In this document: in pieces, positions 1-12,334 of the stretch | Numbering within the stretch: position 1 is the first letter of the stretch | Layout of the letters: every line of letters begins with the position of its first letter | Source of the DNA: Balanoglossus misakiensis | Lineage: Eukaryota; Animalia; Hemichordata | Length of the DNA stretch: 64,000 nt | Reading direction: 5' to 3' | NCBI GenBank assembly: GCA_040954595.2 | Contig: CM082596.2 | Span: forward strand, 8,383,124 to 8,447,123 | Translations under genes and position numbers: made by a program | The notes under the pieces: model-generated | What the model saw: the letters and a program-made list of their open reading frames with translations, nothing else | What the model was told of the DNA's origin: nothing | Database searches by the model: none

Positions 1-1000
1 GCATTGTCAATAAGCACGTGTATTTAGGGTGGTACTGCAGTTTCTAGGGCGATTTTTGGCCAAATCTGACATTGTGACCAATGTGAGACATGTTGGTTTG
101 TCTCATGCTGAAAATTATGATACGACACATCCTGTTGAAAAATGTGACTAAGTAAAATGCAAGTACAGTGCTGATGGTGAATCCAATTCCAGTGGTCTCG
201 GTCTGGTAATCTGATGGGAAGAGACAAAGTCTTATTGTGTGTGCACATCTTTTAAGATGCAAGATTCCCTTTCATGTTTCCTAGGCTTTCATCTTAAGCA
301 AAATCAAATTAATGACTTAATGATGTATAGTATGCCCTAGATTTTATGCCATTGCATTTACAATTATATTTCACTGCTTGTTCAAAGATTTCTGCATAAT
401 TAACTTTGCGCTTAAACTGAGTTTTTGTTTGTTAATTTAGGCGGCAGTTTCATTCTTTTTTCTCACAATTTTCCACAAAATTCCTCCAGTAATGTATAAA
501 ACCACATGATGTATCAAAGGCCCATGAGTTGAAACTTTTTGTATTATTTTTGTTATTTTACCTTCAACAGTTGATGCAAGCTACGTACTGATGGGGTGTA
601 TACTAGTATATTGAGCAGGGATCAATCTGCAATAATGAATACTCTGATCTAGACTAATTAATGATAAATTAATACATATAATACAGAAAAACGTCAAGCT
701 ACACATTCAGCAAGACTACACTTAGGATAAGCAGCTCCGAAAATGCATTTTTCAAACACAATCTGACCATCTAACCTAGAAACAGAATGGTAGTCTACAT
801 TACTTATTGGCCTTGGATTTTGTGAACATGTTTGAGGTCAGAATTGTACAAAGTCTCATTAACTGTGAATTATCCACCATTATCAATAATCTCTTGTCGT
901 TTTTGTTGCATTGAAAGCTCACACTACTCAATTAAGCAGGATATTTATTGCTATTATAGAATAATGTGATTACCAAGGCTGCTTGACTTGTAACCAAAGT

Positions 1001-1405
1001 AACAAGTCATTGTCAATGACACAGTCCCTGTTGGATCAAAACATTTCAAAGGCACTGGTAGAAGTCAAGTTGAACAATATATATGTTGCTTGTGAGGTTC
1101 ACATGGGCATTTCATTTTTAAAAAATTAAAAGAAATACTTTTTTTCACACCTACCATTCTCTTTTCATAGTATTTACAGGTGACAATTCATCAACAATGA
1201 AAAAGGCACTGAAATGACCATATTGGATTACATCACAAAACGAACCAACATGCATATCTCCCAATACAGTACATGTATGTTGTCCTACCAAGTTTGAATG
1301 AATGTCCAAGTTCTCTTTCAGGACAGACAGACAGACAGACATACAGGCAGAGAACAGGGCCATAACTAAGCTATTCTTGTGCTTGTCCCATAAAGCCTGA
1401 GGCTA
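1001..1405 (+). repeat. Interspersed repeat with a 5' hairpin and (ACAG)n tract, DINE/HINE (Helentron-associated)-like; second 5' end at 11189, related segment ~18250-18630
   Basis: Identical 30-mer AACAAGTCATTGTCAATGACACAGTCCCTG at 1001 and 11189 (stem GTCATTG/CAATGAC). (ACAG)n at ~1323-1342 and ~18550. gccaaggacactgtg is shared by ~11557 and ~18268. Confidence 0.5.
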
Positions 1406-1926
1406 TCATGGTGGCAGTGTCATTGTTTAGCTAGGCTACAACAGCAATGGTGTCAATTCTAAGCCAGGCTCCCACAGCAGCAGTCCAACTGCTAGCTATT
1501 AGGGACTGGTCAGCTTCTTCGGCATGGGGGGGGGATTCTTTTTTGTGTGGATTTGTGGATATCAAACAGTGACTGACCCCCCCCCCCCAATGAATATGGA
1601 AAACTGGGTGATCCCCCCCCCCCCCCCCCCCCCCCCAATTCCAAGAGAGGGTGACCTCTCCCATGAATCCACTGATGGGTATATGTATTAATGTAAATTA
1701 AGAGTTATTGTACAGCCTTAACCCTTACACCCCAAGAAAACTCTGTAGACGTCCAACTTTACCATAGCAAATGATTGATTTGGACCAAACCATGGTGGTG
1801 AAAGGAATGTTTCAAGCGATGATGCCTACAAACAGTGAAGCACCTGTATGTATATTCTGTAGTCTCTGGCTCCATGGATTACTGGTGTGTCTTGATGGAA
1901 TTTTACTTTCTAAATTTCAAACTTAC

Positions 1927-2054
1927 CTCTGGAGCTCTGTACATGAGTGTTGTCAGATCAAAGTCATCATGAAAGATGGACATTTCTGAGTCAGAAAACC
2001 GGATGGCATTCCCAAAGTCAATCATCTTTGTTGTAATGCTGTCTTTCTTCAATT
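1927..2054 (-). CDS. CMGC-group protein kinase exon 6 (DFG to APE); gene continues beyond the window start
   Basis: ttcacag|AA...GAG|gtaagt, 128 nt, phase 1/0. Encodes (E)LKKDSITTKMIDFGNAIRFSDSEMSIFHDDFDLTTLMYRAPE. Confidence 0.93.
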
Positions 2055-5000
2055 CTGTGAAGACACAAACAACAGAAAAACCATGCATGTAAAAACTGAG
2101 TAAATCATAAAGTATTGACGTTATCTCACTTTGAATGACCATTGTAACAGTGTTTCGGGCTGAAGGATTGTGAGATTTTGGCCAACTATCCTAACTTACG
2201 GTCAAGGCAACAGATGTCAATCCACTTTCTGTTCTGTGCAGTGGGTATGAGAGAGCAGAAATATTCGTAACATCATACCATTGACAGTGACTATCGTAGT
2301 CTGATATTAGAAGTTGCCTTCCTTATGGCCGTCAAATTAGAGTGGAGGTTTTTTTGTTCCTCATGGTCTGACCACCCTTAATCTCTAGCAAAACAATGGA
2401 CAAAAAAACTTTAATTTTTGGGTCAAATTACATCACGCCAAATTTGGTATGAACCTCACCCTGTTGAACTTCTAACCAAATAGTAAATACTGAGGCTTCA
2501 GCTGGTTTACTTGTGTATGATCACATTCGACATGCTACAACGTCAAGAGTGTCCATATATTATGTGGGGCTAAGGCATAAAAAGACATTATATGCTACAT
2601 GGCATTTCAAACAGAACATGGACAGTAAGTAATGTAATGATATTCTTTAATGTGTAGATTATTACAATCTCATCAGCAGAGACTAAAAACCACAGTACTT
2701 TTCATTTAGAACGAATAAAAAGGATGATATTGTGGATAATTTGGTGTGATATCTTTATGGAAAATCTGTTGACCCTACAGATCAAAACAGCAACAGACGA
2801 GAATAAAAAATTCGCATGAAAGCCTCCAATTTTGACGATCCATGACCCTTAAATTTAGATAAGGAGCTACAAATTAATGTTCTGGAAAAATACCTACAGC
2901 GATAAGCGTTTGGAGGGAAATGTTCACAATACCCTCTCTTGACTAATATGTGCTCTCATTTGATAAAATAAGGACCCTGGGAATTCTGTCATTATTCTGA
3001 GCTATCCTGCAAGTTAGTCAGACAATCAATAATCATAAGCTGGCGTTCAAGGCCTCGCTCTTTAACCTTTAAAATGTCAAAAGATGTATGAAAAGCTGAA
3101 TATGGAATGGTTGCATTACGTTGAACTGAATCATCCAAACCCACTGTAATTTTTAGATAATATACCCCATGTTGTGAAGCTCTGTGGTACGGAACCCTTT
3201 GGGTTTTTTTTTTAGCCTTTAAATATCTTCCTATTGTCTTCGACATTCTTTGGGTTTCCTCTGCTAGGTCATTTTGGGGCATAGTTTGACCAACAAGGCT
3301 TTTGATTGCAACGCATTGGGCACAACATTTGAAGCCATCATGCCTCTTTTGTGTAGTTTGCAACCTGTAAAATTTTTATTTCTTCAAACATTTATTTGTA
3401 TGTTTCCACCAATGTTTGATAGCCAGCTGAAACTCAGCCCTCTGTAAGCCCAGTTGCGTGCTATACTTTTCATTAAAATTGTGTAAAATAATTGCGCAAA
3501 AAGTTTTTTTTCTTCACTTTCACATGATAATTGATATGATTCCAATTTCACGTTCTCTAAATTCCCCCTTTAGCGACATAACCTGTCTAAATAGTTTGAA
3601 ACTAAAATCACAAATACATTGTATATGAAAGCACCGAGCCCTACTGAATTATACCTCAGTACTCCACACTCAATTTTTCCCCTCAAATGTTGTGAAGTGT
3701 CTCATCAGCCCAACTTGGCTAACAAAATATCTACATTTGGGTTTTTGGAACTCATTGGCAGATTGACCCTCAAAAAATGACAAGTTGGATACCGTGTGAC
3801 CTATCTAGTTTATTATGTGAATAATAAAACTGAACAATGTCTGCATCAGTTACGGCCACCTGTACCTATACCAAAATAAATTAGGAAATCCATTGTCCAG
3901 AAAATTGGCAAAATTGTTGTATAGAAGAAATTTCCAGAGGAGAAAAGGCATCAGGTAAATGGGCCACCTGTGTGCACTCACCAACATAAATTGAAAAGTC
4001 AAGTTCACATACAATGCGGAAGTCACAGGGGAATTGAACCAACACAATGATCACCTGTAGGCTTACTATAGTGTATTGCAAAGCCTGCATCGAACAAAGA
4101 GAGAATCTTCATCAAAATAGGCCACCTACATGCGTGCTGATGAAATTGGAAAGTCAAGTTTATTGTGCGGTCGACAAAAAGACTTTCACTTTTTGAGATG
4201 AATCTGCGGAATGGGCACCTGAACTGTGCAGAAAGAATAGGAACAGGACAACATGCAGCTGTTGCTCAAAAAAACGACCTGTTTATTGCAGATTACCACT
4301 GTGCGGGTTGTGGGCCACATCTCAATCATCTTCAACCCCAGAACCACACTTGTAGCACAACACAACAAACAGGTGATACAGAGTGATAACCTCATATCAT
4401 ATGCCCCTGACATGTTACTCTTAAAAATAAATAGGTATAAATTGGATTACAATAGGTGTACTTTTGTGCACTGAAAGCGGGTGGGGCCATCAACAGTTTG
4501 TAAATAATATTGGCTATGTCCTAGCCAATATTATTGGGTAAAATTTGTGTGTTATTTTCAATAGATGATGTCATAAATATAACGTCATCAGAATTTTTAC
4601 GGGGCAAATATGGATTTCTCCTTCTCAACAGCCATCTGCACTGAGGCACTCACAAGAAACCTTGACTTCAACATCTTACAAATGTAGACTCTCAACTTTA
4701 TATCACCTACTACATGTAGTATATATCATGAACTGGTTCATTCTTAATTAGCTTTCTAACTCAAATCAACTTATTAAAATGAATAAACATTTACTTGTAT
4801 CATGTGTCATAATCATATCCAGAAAACACAGATAAAACATATTTCACTTTGCATATCAATTTATTTTCTATGCATGTACATGTCCATCGTTCCAATTTCA
4901 TCAAATGTGAATGAACATGTAAGTTTGGGTATTACAATGACATTTCTCATTCTGAATTGTCATCTGAATATGAGTAATGAATCTAGTAATGGACTCACAG

Positions 5001-5104
5001 CTCTGGAAGAGTCTGCTACCATATTTGCATTTGATAGAGATCAATTAATGGTATATGCGTACACAAGCGACCCCTCACAGCCCTGTAACAAATTGAGTGC
5101 ATAC

Positions 5105-5403
5105 CAATCTGATTAAAATCAGATGTAGTGTACGGTATTTTTATGCTGCCATAGAAGCTCCTGTTCAAAATCTCTGGCTTTACTTGGCCAGTAAACCAAT
5201 CAGAAGGCGCCTTATAGTGAGCAATAGGCATCCTTTAGTACAGATCAACGTAACATGCAATCTGATTGGCCGGGCTAAACAGGAGGTTGAACGGGAGCTT
5301 CTATGGGAGTTGGTCAGATGTAGAGTGAGGGCGACATCATAAGAACATCGTACCGCAAAGTAAAATACGTCACCTTCCCCTACATCTGATTTTAATCAGA
5401 TCG
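5105..5403. mobile_element. TIR element CAATCTGATTAAAATCAGATGTAG; shorter copy 11014-11168
   Basis: 24-bp inverted termini at both loci with a shared interior (gacatcataagaa / gacagcataagag). Confidence 0.7.
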
Positions 5404-8400
5404 AGTGCATGCATACCCGCATACGGAGACAATTAATGGATAATGCTATTAAAAAAAGTATTATATATTGTGGTGCATCAATGTAGTCTTATTAGAAAAG
5501 GAGAATGCAATTAAAAATTGAAAGAACATCAATGAAAGAGGACACAAGTGCCTGGGACCGAGGGCTTCGCAATAAAAGGGACAAATCACACACACATGCA
5601 ACAAAGAATGCGCACACATCGAGTCTATATCATAAATTCTATTGATGCTGTTCTCTATAATACAAAAGCCAACTTGTCAAATAATTTTAGAATTAGCACA
5701 GGTCAAGGGGTCAACCACACAATTCAATTGCAATACAGTCAAAAATCTGTTTTTTCAATTTACATGAAAAGAATAAAATCATGATACTTTTTCCGGCGGT
5801 CAAGCTAACCTTGGCTTCTATCACTCATCAGGACATTCTGTATATAGCATAAACTGTATTAATAGAGAGAGGTCTTAATGACTCTTTTTTGTGGATAATT
5901 CATATATGTTAAAGGTGTAAATTCTTTATCACCTTTCTCTGAAAGCAAATGGGTCAACTCAATAAATATGTCATTAGCAAACAAAGGCTATACCATCACA
6001 TAAACCATTCAATGTCCGCAACCAGGAATTGAAAAATTACCCCCTTAAGGTAGTAGACCCTCGATGACAAATTTTCAGAAAAACGATAGCTCTAAAAACC
6101 TTTCAATTCATTGCTATATCAAAGTGTAGGATGTTCATCTTCTTTTCATAAAAATCAACAACTTTTCTCCATAGAGTTAATTTGTATAGAGACTGGCGGC
6201 CATTTTGAATTCCAAATTTCAGACAATTTGGCACGCTCAATCTAAATTTTCAATCAAAGTTTTTATTTTGTATTGAGCAAAATAAGCGAAAGAGTTGGTG
6301 ACTGATTTTCAAGGTGCAATATACTAATAGGAGCAAAAACATGCTTTTGAAATATAAACTCAGAAGTAGAGTATCACTGGAAACTGAACTCTGCATTTGC
6401 ACCATATACATGTACATGATTCAGCATGGGTGTCAGTGTGATTCAAGGACCTGGGATAAAGTTCCTCACAGAGTTAGCGATATTATCTCACACGAGCCGA
6501 ATATCCCGGAGAGTGTGAGAAATCGTATCTCAGGTTCTCGGTGTGTGAGACTCTTTTTCTCACTTGACCACAAAATGCCTTAAATTTGCACTAGAAACAA
6601 TTACTTTTGCCTCCATCACTATCATCTGGCACGTTGCACTTCTATACTACTCATCATGCTATTGGATAACAGTTTGTGTGTGCATGTTTTTTATCCAATC
6701 AATGCTCGTGTCATATAGCGCTTGATTCTACCCAAGTGGGGGGTCAATTTGATCTCACCATTGTCAATCTCACACTCCTAGCGGCTAGCAATGTAAGCAT
6801 GTTCATGTTCACTGTTGCCGACCTTGACTTGTGCATGTACTTTGAAAGGAACTTCATGAGATTCTATTGGTCCATGGCCCACGTGACACAAGTGTGGTAA
6901 AATGACACATACTCTTAGAATTCAACAAGATTTTTTTTCACATCTTACCAGAATTTTCCCTGCAGCAGTAAATGCTATCCCCTTCTAATATAATGTTTTC
7001 TACATTAAAGCTCCAGTAACTCAGACTTGAAATTTGTTTGTCTACAATATTGGCCATTACTCACAAACAGACTTTCTTAAGAAGCTACAGACAGAAGTTC
7101 AAGACTAAACACTTCATAAAGCTATCTCAAGTAGAACAAGATACAAGGGAGAAAAATACTGAAAAAAATAGTCAAAAGTGAGAATTATTGGGACTTTCAC
7201 CCTTAGCTGCTACCGGTAGTTCAGGGGCCAATTTCATTCCAGTCGGAACACTGCATGGTAGTCTGACATAAATAATTATACTCTTCAAATTTCTTCATGT
7301 GATTGAATTTTAGAGGCCAATATTAAACAGTTTAAAACTCAAAGTCAACAGTTCAAGAAAGGCATTAGCAAGTATTGAGTAAAATGACTCATAGGTAAAG
7401 CCCACCTGATCTTAGTAGTTCATGATCGGGATGTCATCATGTTATCATTTTCATATCCACCTATTCCTCCCATACAACAACACAATAACAAAATTCACTT
7501 ACATTCTGAAGAAGTTAACGATAAAATTGTCTAAGATTGTACGAAACGAGCCACCTGTGTACATCCATCGGAGTGAAATTGGAAAATTTGGGTATTTGGG
7601 TTCATTATACAACAAAGATGCTATGGCAAAGTAGTATCAACATAATGGCCAATTATATACATACATGTACAAGTCCTACTGGAGTGTATAGGACAGAATA
7701 AGTATCATGACAAAAAATGTATTGATCAGCAAAATAGGCCACTTATACATCCGCTGATGAGAGAGCGAAGGCAGAAGTTGAATGCACAGTTGCAATTCAA
7801 TTCTGTTACAATGATATACTAGTACAAGTAGTAGTAAAGTCGATTGGAACTGTTTTGAAATCTAAACCCGTCTTGCCCTTGAACTAATGATATATGTACT
7901 TGGTTTTTCCATACATTTTGACACAGTATGCATTACATTGTTTGCACTTTGATGTCATCCTGGAATTTCTCCTTTTGATCAAAGAGCAAAGACAAACATA
8001 GGAAGTGATAAAGGGAAGATATGTAGATGGTTATTGAGATCATAACTTGAATTCAAAACTTTTTGCTCTTTAAACAAATGTAGGATGATAAATTAGACAC
8101 CATTTCATAATATTGTTGTTCACATTTGTCAGTCCGACTGACATTGTGGGCGAATAGAATAGAGCCGTGTCCGCACTATACCCGTCTCAAAATTGGGCAG
8201 ACTCAGATTTTGTCTCCACCATACTCCAGTTACCCAGAAACTGCCATTTTACACGCTGTCCCATCGCATACTGTAAATTATTTTCTCGAGCAATATATTT
8301 TCGCGAAATACGCGAGAGCCAAAATAGCGTGAAAAAAAGTCGCGTAAATTTGTTTTGAAGATAACGATGCAGTGAATGAAATAAGAGAACGCGAAAAGTA

Positions 8401-9110
8401 ATACTCGCGAAACAGTGGCCTCTCTCGATATCACGAAAATTTCAACTTGCGAAAATAAAGTGTTTTACAGTATGACCATGTGAAGGTTCAACTAGGCCAA
8501 AGTAATAACCAAACTGTTTGTATATACAAACAAAAATCCCTGTCCCCCAAGAGGTTTGGATGATCTACATGCTATCATAGAAAGTTACACTGCAACTGTG
8601 CCAAGAAGAAAATGGATAAGACAGTTAAATGCAGAATATTCCTGACAATCTGCTGTAAGAGAATGGAGAGTAGATTGTACAGACGACATGTGGGTAGCAT
8701 CACCAATAGACTATTCTGTCAACTGACATTTTGGAAACTTCCAGGAAACAACTCATGAGAAATTTCACCCTTCCACCCCAGTTTCCTCTTCTATCCATCT
8801 TTAATACCATAGACACAATGGATTCAGACCAAACCATTATGGTGAAAGGGTTAACAGAAGAAGGTCAGTCATCCAGCAAGCATGTACAGGAACTGACTCC
8901 TAAAGTGGTGTTGTGTAAAATATTCCTGGGTCTTTTGTAAGCCAAAAGAATCATCAGTACAAACCAAGAGGCCCAGATCAGTTTGGCAATGCATGTGTGT
9001 GTTCCTGGTTTTTGTTGCCCTATTTCTTGGCAACTGATGCGACTGCCTTTTTGTTTCATGTCACTGCCGGAGGATGGCTTTGAAACGCCTGAGTTTGTAA
9101 CCATTAAAAA

Positions 9111-9460
9111 AGGGACAAAGTCTCTCTCTCGCTGCCCTTTTTCCATTAATTAAGTTTGATACAAGACACCGTTTATGTTATTCTACATGTGGAAATATAG
9201 TGAATCAATGTTTGACCACACACAACTTCAATCTCACTTGTATACAAGAGAGTGAAAAAACTCGCCCAAATGAATATTCAGTCTCTACCGTTTATTCATT
9301 TTGGCGAGATTTTTACTCTTATATCCTACAAACGGGATGGATGTTGTGTGTGGTCAAACGTTGATTCTCTATATATCCACATGTAGAATAACATAAACGG
9401 TGTCTTGTATCAAACATAATAATTGGAAAAATGGCAGCGAGAGAGAGAGACTTTGTCCCT
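9111..9460. mobile_element. Kolobok-type palindromic MITE, family A, copy 1
   Basis: AGGGACAAAGTCTCTC...GAGAGACTTTGTCCCT|TTAA; the ~350-bp element is one imperfect hairpin. TTAA flanks with RR..YY ends fit Kolobok. Confidence 0.85.
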
Positions 9461-9513
9461 TTAAACATGTTAAATCAAATCAGATCATGTATTGAACCCA
9501 CAAATGAATTTAC

Positions 9514-9628
9514 CTGTTAAAGCCAAGATATTCTCTGGTTTAATATCAGTATGGATGATGTTGACTTGACGAAGCAACCCTATTGCATGAAGCATCTGAA
9601 CAGCAACTTTACGTACCATACCAAGTCT
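9514..9628 (-). CDS. CMGC-group protein kinase exon 5 (catalytic loop)
   Basis: ttatag|AGA...ACA G|gtaaat, 115 nt, phase 0/1. Encodes RLGMVRKVAVQMLHAIGLLRQVNIIHTDIKPENILALT. Not in the ORF track. Confidence 0.93.
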
Positions 9629-10181
9629 CTATAATAAAAAAAGAAGAAATAAAAGCAATGCTCAATTCATGTCATATGCATTTTTTCTAGCGATGCATAA
9701 TTGCATATGTTACACGCAATGAGAAGTAAGCCCACCCCAGCCCCCATACACAAAGGATGTTAGAGAAATAGAGACAGAAATGCATACTGTACATTTGGAC
9801 TGCTAAAAGACCAAACAGCAATTTATTGCACAAATGTGTGGGCACTTGTTCCCATACCGTTAGTTATACAGAATTTCATTCGAGGTATATGAAAAAGGAT
9901 GAAAATTATGTTCCCCACTAAATTTTCTATTACTCATGACCATGTAACATCAGTAATGACCCTGCGTTAAGTATATAGTCACCTCCAATTTACATACGCC
10001 CATATATGGCTGAAATGGAGTATTTGAGCGTTCTAAAGAACAGATGGTGGCGCTCTTTTTTTCGCGTGTGCCACCCACTGAAAATCTGTCATTGGCTAGA
10101 TCTCATTGTGCAATGGTAACTATAGATAATTTTCTATAGGTGACCGTTTACCTTTAAACTAGGGCTATACTAAACATATAA

Positions 10182-10355
10182 CAGTAAATCCTGTCTATAC
10201 CGAACACTACAGGGACTGGCAAGATTGTTCAGTTTACAGGTGTCCAGTTTACAGAGGTTCTTTCAATACATTTTTTATGTGGAAGGGACTGGAAAGGTGT
10301 TCGGTATAGACAGGTCTCCTGATTAGACAGGCTTCGGTTTAGACAGGTTTTACTG
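10182..10355. mobile_element. Tc1/mariner-like MITE (CAGTAAA...TTTACTG); second copy ~51278-51465
   Basis: TIRs cctgtcta.accgaa / ttcggtttagacagg shared by both copies. Confidence 0.7.
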
Positions 10356-11772
10356 TACATGTAATAAAAAGAATTTGGGTTATTGCAATAAAAGTGTAGT
10401 TTACACGAAATTTGAAGTTTCTACAAATAACAGTTCATTATTTTGCAGTCTATGTTAATCTCATTTGAAGGCGACTGAGTTTCGCAGCACTAACTTGTGA
10501 CAGGAGGAAAATATACGGCCGGTACTTAGTGGTAACTACCTGATGAATTCTGTAAGTCTGTAATTGATAGGGTGGAGCTGTAGTGTACAAGGAGGTTCAG
10601 AGCTGACCTCACTTTATAGGGGTCAGTCTGGACTGTGAATGGACAAGTGGTCGTCAATAAACTGTGACAAATGGGTGTCAGCACCTTGGCTACGTAAATC
10701 ATGTTTCGTTCAGATGGTGGAAAGTTACTCAAGTACAGTGGCAGGAACCGTCTGGCAGAGACCCTGTGATTCGCCTTCTTCCTTTCTATCACAGCTGGAA
10801 CACACGCGCGCGCGCCCCCTAGAGAAGCGACGCGGATCTCAGGGTCTGCACATTCTTGCAAGCGACCAGCAGAGATTTTGACAGATCCTGGAACTTTATA
10901 GAACTTGAGGCATCCGCCAATCAGAAATAAATTTTACACTCGCTGAATCACAGACCGTATTATGGACAATGTCACTGTTGTACCATGTGACCTGGTCTGA
11001 ACCACTGTAGTTCCAATCTGATTAAAATCAGATGTAGAGTACAGCGACGTCTTTTACTTCACAAAGTACGGTATTATTTGCCTTAGTGTGAGGTGACAGC
11101 ATAAGAGAATACAGAGCAGTGCAAGTGCAATACGTCGCCGTACCTTACTTCTGATGTCAATCAGATTGTACAGGTTCATAAATAAGGAAACAAGTCATTG
11201 TCAATGACACAGTCCCTGCCGCATGTAGATAGGAAATCATGGTGGAATGAACTCCACCAGGGCATGTGTGCGAAACGGCTCTGAAAAGTAGTGAAAAAAG
11301 TATGAACCTGGTACTAATGAGGAGTACCACAAAACAATCATCAATAAATACTTGACATCACCATGCAAATGTACGTCTTAACAAATTCTTCTTTTGTCAT
11401 GGTGAAGAACGTCAGTTACAACACCTGACATGAAAACCTCACAATACACCAGCTGACAGCCATTACTGGAAAAGTCCTAAGGTCTTTAATGAATCCAGTC
11501 AGGCATATTTGAAGCATTAACTCTTGACATCCTCAAATGTATATAATAAAAATTGTGCCAAGGACACTGTGTTCTCATTTGACCACAATTGCTACATTCA
11601 AAAATGACATATATCGGTTATACATGCTGATCTATTTCCCATTCAAACCCACAAAGTCACCTTGAAACTTATGAGATAATAGATGAATACATTCTGAAGG
11701 AGAAGATGACCTGGCAAATCAAAGTTCAAGGTAGCAACCGGATGAGCAGTTTCTGAAAAGTAGATTTTATTT

Positions 11773-12000
11773 TACCAAAATGACAAAAATTGCCAACAGT
11801 ACTGTTTTTGTCATAATTTTTTGGACAAGCCAATTTGAGGCAATGCTTCTAGTCCAAAAATGTCAAAAATTGCTCAAAAATCTTTTCTTTTTTTTACCAC
11901 AATGACAAAAATTGCCAACAATACTGTTTTTGTCATAATTTTTTTGGAAAAGCCACTTTGGGGCAATGTGTCTAGTCCAAAAATTCAAAAATTGCTCAAA
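11773..12000. repeat. Two-copy ~120-bp tandem duplication
   Basis: ttacca.aatgacaaaaattgccaaca.tactgtttttgtcataatttttt...aattgctcaaa repeated at ~11773 and ~11894. Confidence 0.85.
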
Positions 12001-12073
12001 TATCCAATGGGTTCATCAAGATGACAACCCTAGAACCCAGCAACCAAATATCTTAAATGCTCTCTTCGAACAG

Positions 12074-12334
12074 GCATCACCATCGAATACGAGTCGGGCC
12101 CGGTAAGCTACACACTGGCCTGTGACATTACAGATGGCGCCACCTCGGTGCAGCCAGTGGTCACTGTCAACATTGACCCAGTAAACGAACACATCCCAAC
12201 GTTCATGCCAGCAGCGTGGACTGTGTCCCACGGCGAGAATACCGCAGTCGGTTCTCTCATCGTGGACGCCTCGTCGAACGTGGCTGACGATGATGATCCA
12301 CCTCATGCAATCACCGCTTATTCTTTGAATTCAG
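12074..12334 (+). other. Isolated cadherin-repeat exon (nested gene exon or captured gene fragment) inside kinase intron 4
   Basis: gaacag|GC...TCA G|gtataa, 261 nt, stop-free, phase 1/1. Encodes ITIEYESGPVSYTLACDITDGATSVQPVVTVNIDPVNEHIPTFMPAAWTVSHGENTAVGSLIVDASSNVADDDDPPHAITAYSLNS. Cadherin motifs: IEYE (LDYE), PVNEHIPTF (DxNDNxPxF), ENTAVGS, ADDD. Confidence 0.8.

Noticed and set aside
1525-1640. Poly-G/poly-C tracts (also ~19418, ~36209, ~43915, ~46808) as G-quadruplex elements
   Set aside because: Homopolymer runs mostly associated with repeats and error-prone in assembly; no evidence of function.
1-1926. Next kinase exon (subdomain IX, D.WS.G)
   Set aside because: No matching minus-strand exon was found; presumed outside the window.
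2992-3363. 123-aa minus-strand ORF in kinase intron 5
   Set aside because: No recognisable domain, and exons 5 and 6 already join in phase without it. Possibly a decayed TE fragment, which cannot be supported from sequence alone.
9111-9460. Long hairpins as miRNA or structured ncRNA genes
   Set aside because: Multi-copy, TTAA-flanked and TIR-bounded, so explained as MITEs.
10526-10881. CpG-rich patch with 111-aa and 80-aa ORFs and a (CG)n run
   Set aside because: No domain similarity or compatible splice sites; probably a repeat fragment.
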